Below, piece after piece: positions 62,410 through 64,000 of a DNA stretch of 64,000 nt. Under the pieces are notes generated by a model, which worked only from the letters and a program-made list of their open reading frames with translations, ran no database searches and was not told the DNA's origin. The stretch covers positions 15,614,761-15,678,760 of the forward strand of contig NC_081355.1 in the NCBI RefSeq assembly GCF_030684315.1, in the 5' to 3' direction. Origin of the DNA: Stegostoma tigrinum (taxonomy: Eukaryota). Each line of letters begins with the position of its first letter. The first letter of the stretch is position 1. Both the position numbers and the translations under genes were made by a program.

Positions 62410-62565
62410 TTAGAGTGGGAGGGAAAAGGTGGAAGGAGGGATCAGGAAAGGAAGTGTGAGGGAGGGGAGGGAAAGGAAGGCATGGTAAGTTCGTGGGACG
62501 GGGAGGGGAAGTGTGAGAGAGGGAGCGGGATGGAGAGGGAGGAAGCGGAAGTGTGAGGAAGGGAT
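62410..62565 (+). repeat. Purine-rich GGA/GGGA low-complexity tract
   Basis: Read directly from the sequence. Confidence 0.8.
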
Positions 62566-62569
62566 ACCA

Positions 62570-63440
62570 TTAATTAGAAACTGAACTGGACCAGGCATGT
62601 AAATACTGTGGCTACAAGAGCTAATCAGTCACCAGGAATTGAGTAGCTTCCCTCTAGTCACCCAAAACTGGGTAAGCACCTACAAGCTGCAAGTCAGGAT
62701 TGTGAAGAAATGCTCTCCACTTAACTCGATATGATCTGGGACAACCTGCTTGATTGGTACCACAATAACAGTCTTCAACGTTCACTTTTATTTCATTAGA
62801 ACACATGATGTCTGCAGTGCGTACTGTCTACAACATGCAGTGCAGTAGGTCTTTCAGCAGCACCTTCCAAACAGGGGCACATGATATGTGGGAATATCAC
62901 TGCTTGCAAGCTCACTTTCAGATTGCCAACCATCCTGAGTCCGAGTAGTAATCCCATTGCTTGATGATCTTCTGTGTCAAAATTTGAAGCTTCTTGCCTA
63001 ACAGTACTGAGGGTGCTTTTACACCCTACTGACAGCAATCGATCAAGGATGTAGCTTGCCATGACTATCTCAAGGGCGATTATGGATTGAAAGTGATGCC
63101 TGGCCTAGCCAGCAATGCCCACACCCCATGAATGAATGAATGAAAGGATCCAATTACCATTACCATAACCATGTCTCCCACTCGCAACATCCCGAGATTT
63201 ACAATTGACCAGAAATTGAACTGAGCTGGCCATATATGTGCTGTGGCTACAAGAGGTGGTCAGAAGCTGGGAATGCTCCAGTAATTCCTTCTGCCTCACC
63301 AGAACCTATCTGCTATTCACAGGGCACAAAACAGAAGTGGTTTCTACATGCCAAAATGATTCCAGCTTCAAAAATGCTGAAGAAGCTCAGCACCATCTAC
63401 GAATAAAGCAGTCTGCTCGTTTGGCATCCATTACTTGTAT
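62570..63440 (+). mobile_element. Two tandem fragments of a CR1/L2-group LINE 3' region with (GAAT)n tail
   Basis: agaaactgaactggaccag..aatactgtggctacaagag at about 62577, repeated at about 63211; tail gaatgaatgaatgaa at 63130-63145. Related fragments at about 8690-8940, 34760-35050 and 39440-39700. Confidence 0.65.
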
Positions 63441-63648
63441 ATCTAAAAGGAATGGCAGTACATCTTGTTGTTTTGGTTTCTGTGTTCAAATGATTACACC
63501 CACACAATTTTTATGATTCTTCTTAAAACATTAGACTAAATTATTGCCGTTTAAGTCCTCCTGTTTCTTGCTACTTGTATATAAATGATCAGATTCTAGT
63601 TTTTAGTTATACTTTGAAATAAATAGCTCTCTACCTCTTGTTTTAAAG

Positions 63649-63825
63649 GTCTAACAATCTGTGGGCATAACTGTTTGCTGACTGCAGAATGGATATCTGC
63701 AAGTAAAATAGTTTGTCGAGTTGGACCAGCAAAAGATGACAAGGGAGACATCATAGTAACCACTAAATCAGGTGGCAAAGGAACTTCAACAGTTTCTTTT
63801 AAACTGATGAAGCAAGAGAAAATAG
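63649..63825 (+). CDS. EXOC2: EXOC2 second coding exon (IPT/TIG Ral-binding domain)
   Basis: Acceptor ctcttgttttaaag|GT, 177 nt, donor ATAG|gtaaat. In phase with the previous exon; encodes [60 protein letters not shown]. The gene continues beyond the window. Confidence 0.97.
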
Positions 63826-64000
63826 GTAAATTGCTTAAGTTTCTTCTATTTCCAAGTTTTAAAATGAATTCTCTTTCTTTTCCAAATATGATTTCTATCA
63901 AGAGTATTGTGTTTGGTTTCCTCTTCACTTAAACTGTATTATTGATGAGATTCTTAGTTTTGACAATAAAAAGATTGTTTTCAGCTTTTGACCAGTGCAA

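Noticed and set aside
63675-63932. Track ORF as a stand-alone gene
   Set aside because: It is EXOC2 exon 3 read through the donor at 63826 into the intron.

Overview
Vertebrate genomic DNA; the repeat families suggest a cartilaginous fish (shark), which is an inference. The window holds the 5' end of EXOC2/SEC5 on the + strand: a CpG-island promoter and probable non-coding exon 1 near 7.4-7.5 kb, an intron 1 of about 50 kb, coding exon 2 (ATG at 57995) and exon 3 (63649-63825), together encoding the Ral-binding IPT domain. Almost all other ORF-track entries are spurious or transposon-derived. The rest is dominated by retroelements: many CR1 LINE fragments, tRNA/Deu-type SINEs, a Gypsy LTR with PBS and gag remnant, a decayed Harbinger transposase, and Penelope-like elements (PLEs). 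Two signals stand out. (1) At least seven minimal hammerhead-ribozyme motifs (CTGAnGA-stem-GAAAC-GTC) sit in PLE terminal repeats inside the EXOC2 introns, arranged as a tandem retrozyme-like unit, an inverted palindrome and a TSD-flanked mini-insertion. (2) Joining the predicted exon 1 to exon 2 creates a 16-codon uORF in strong Kozak context that stops 2 nt before the EXOC2 start codon, with microsatellite-made alternative donors that would shorten it. All identifications were made by eye; repeat boundaries are approximate unless stated.
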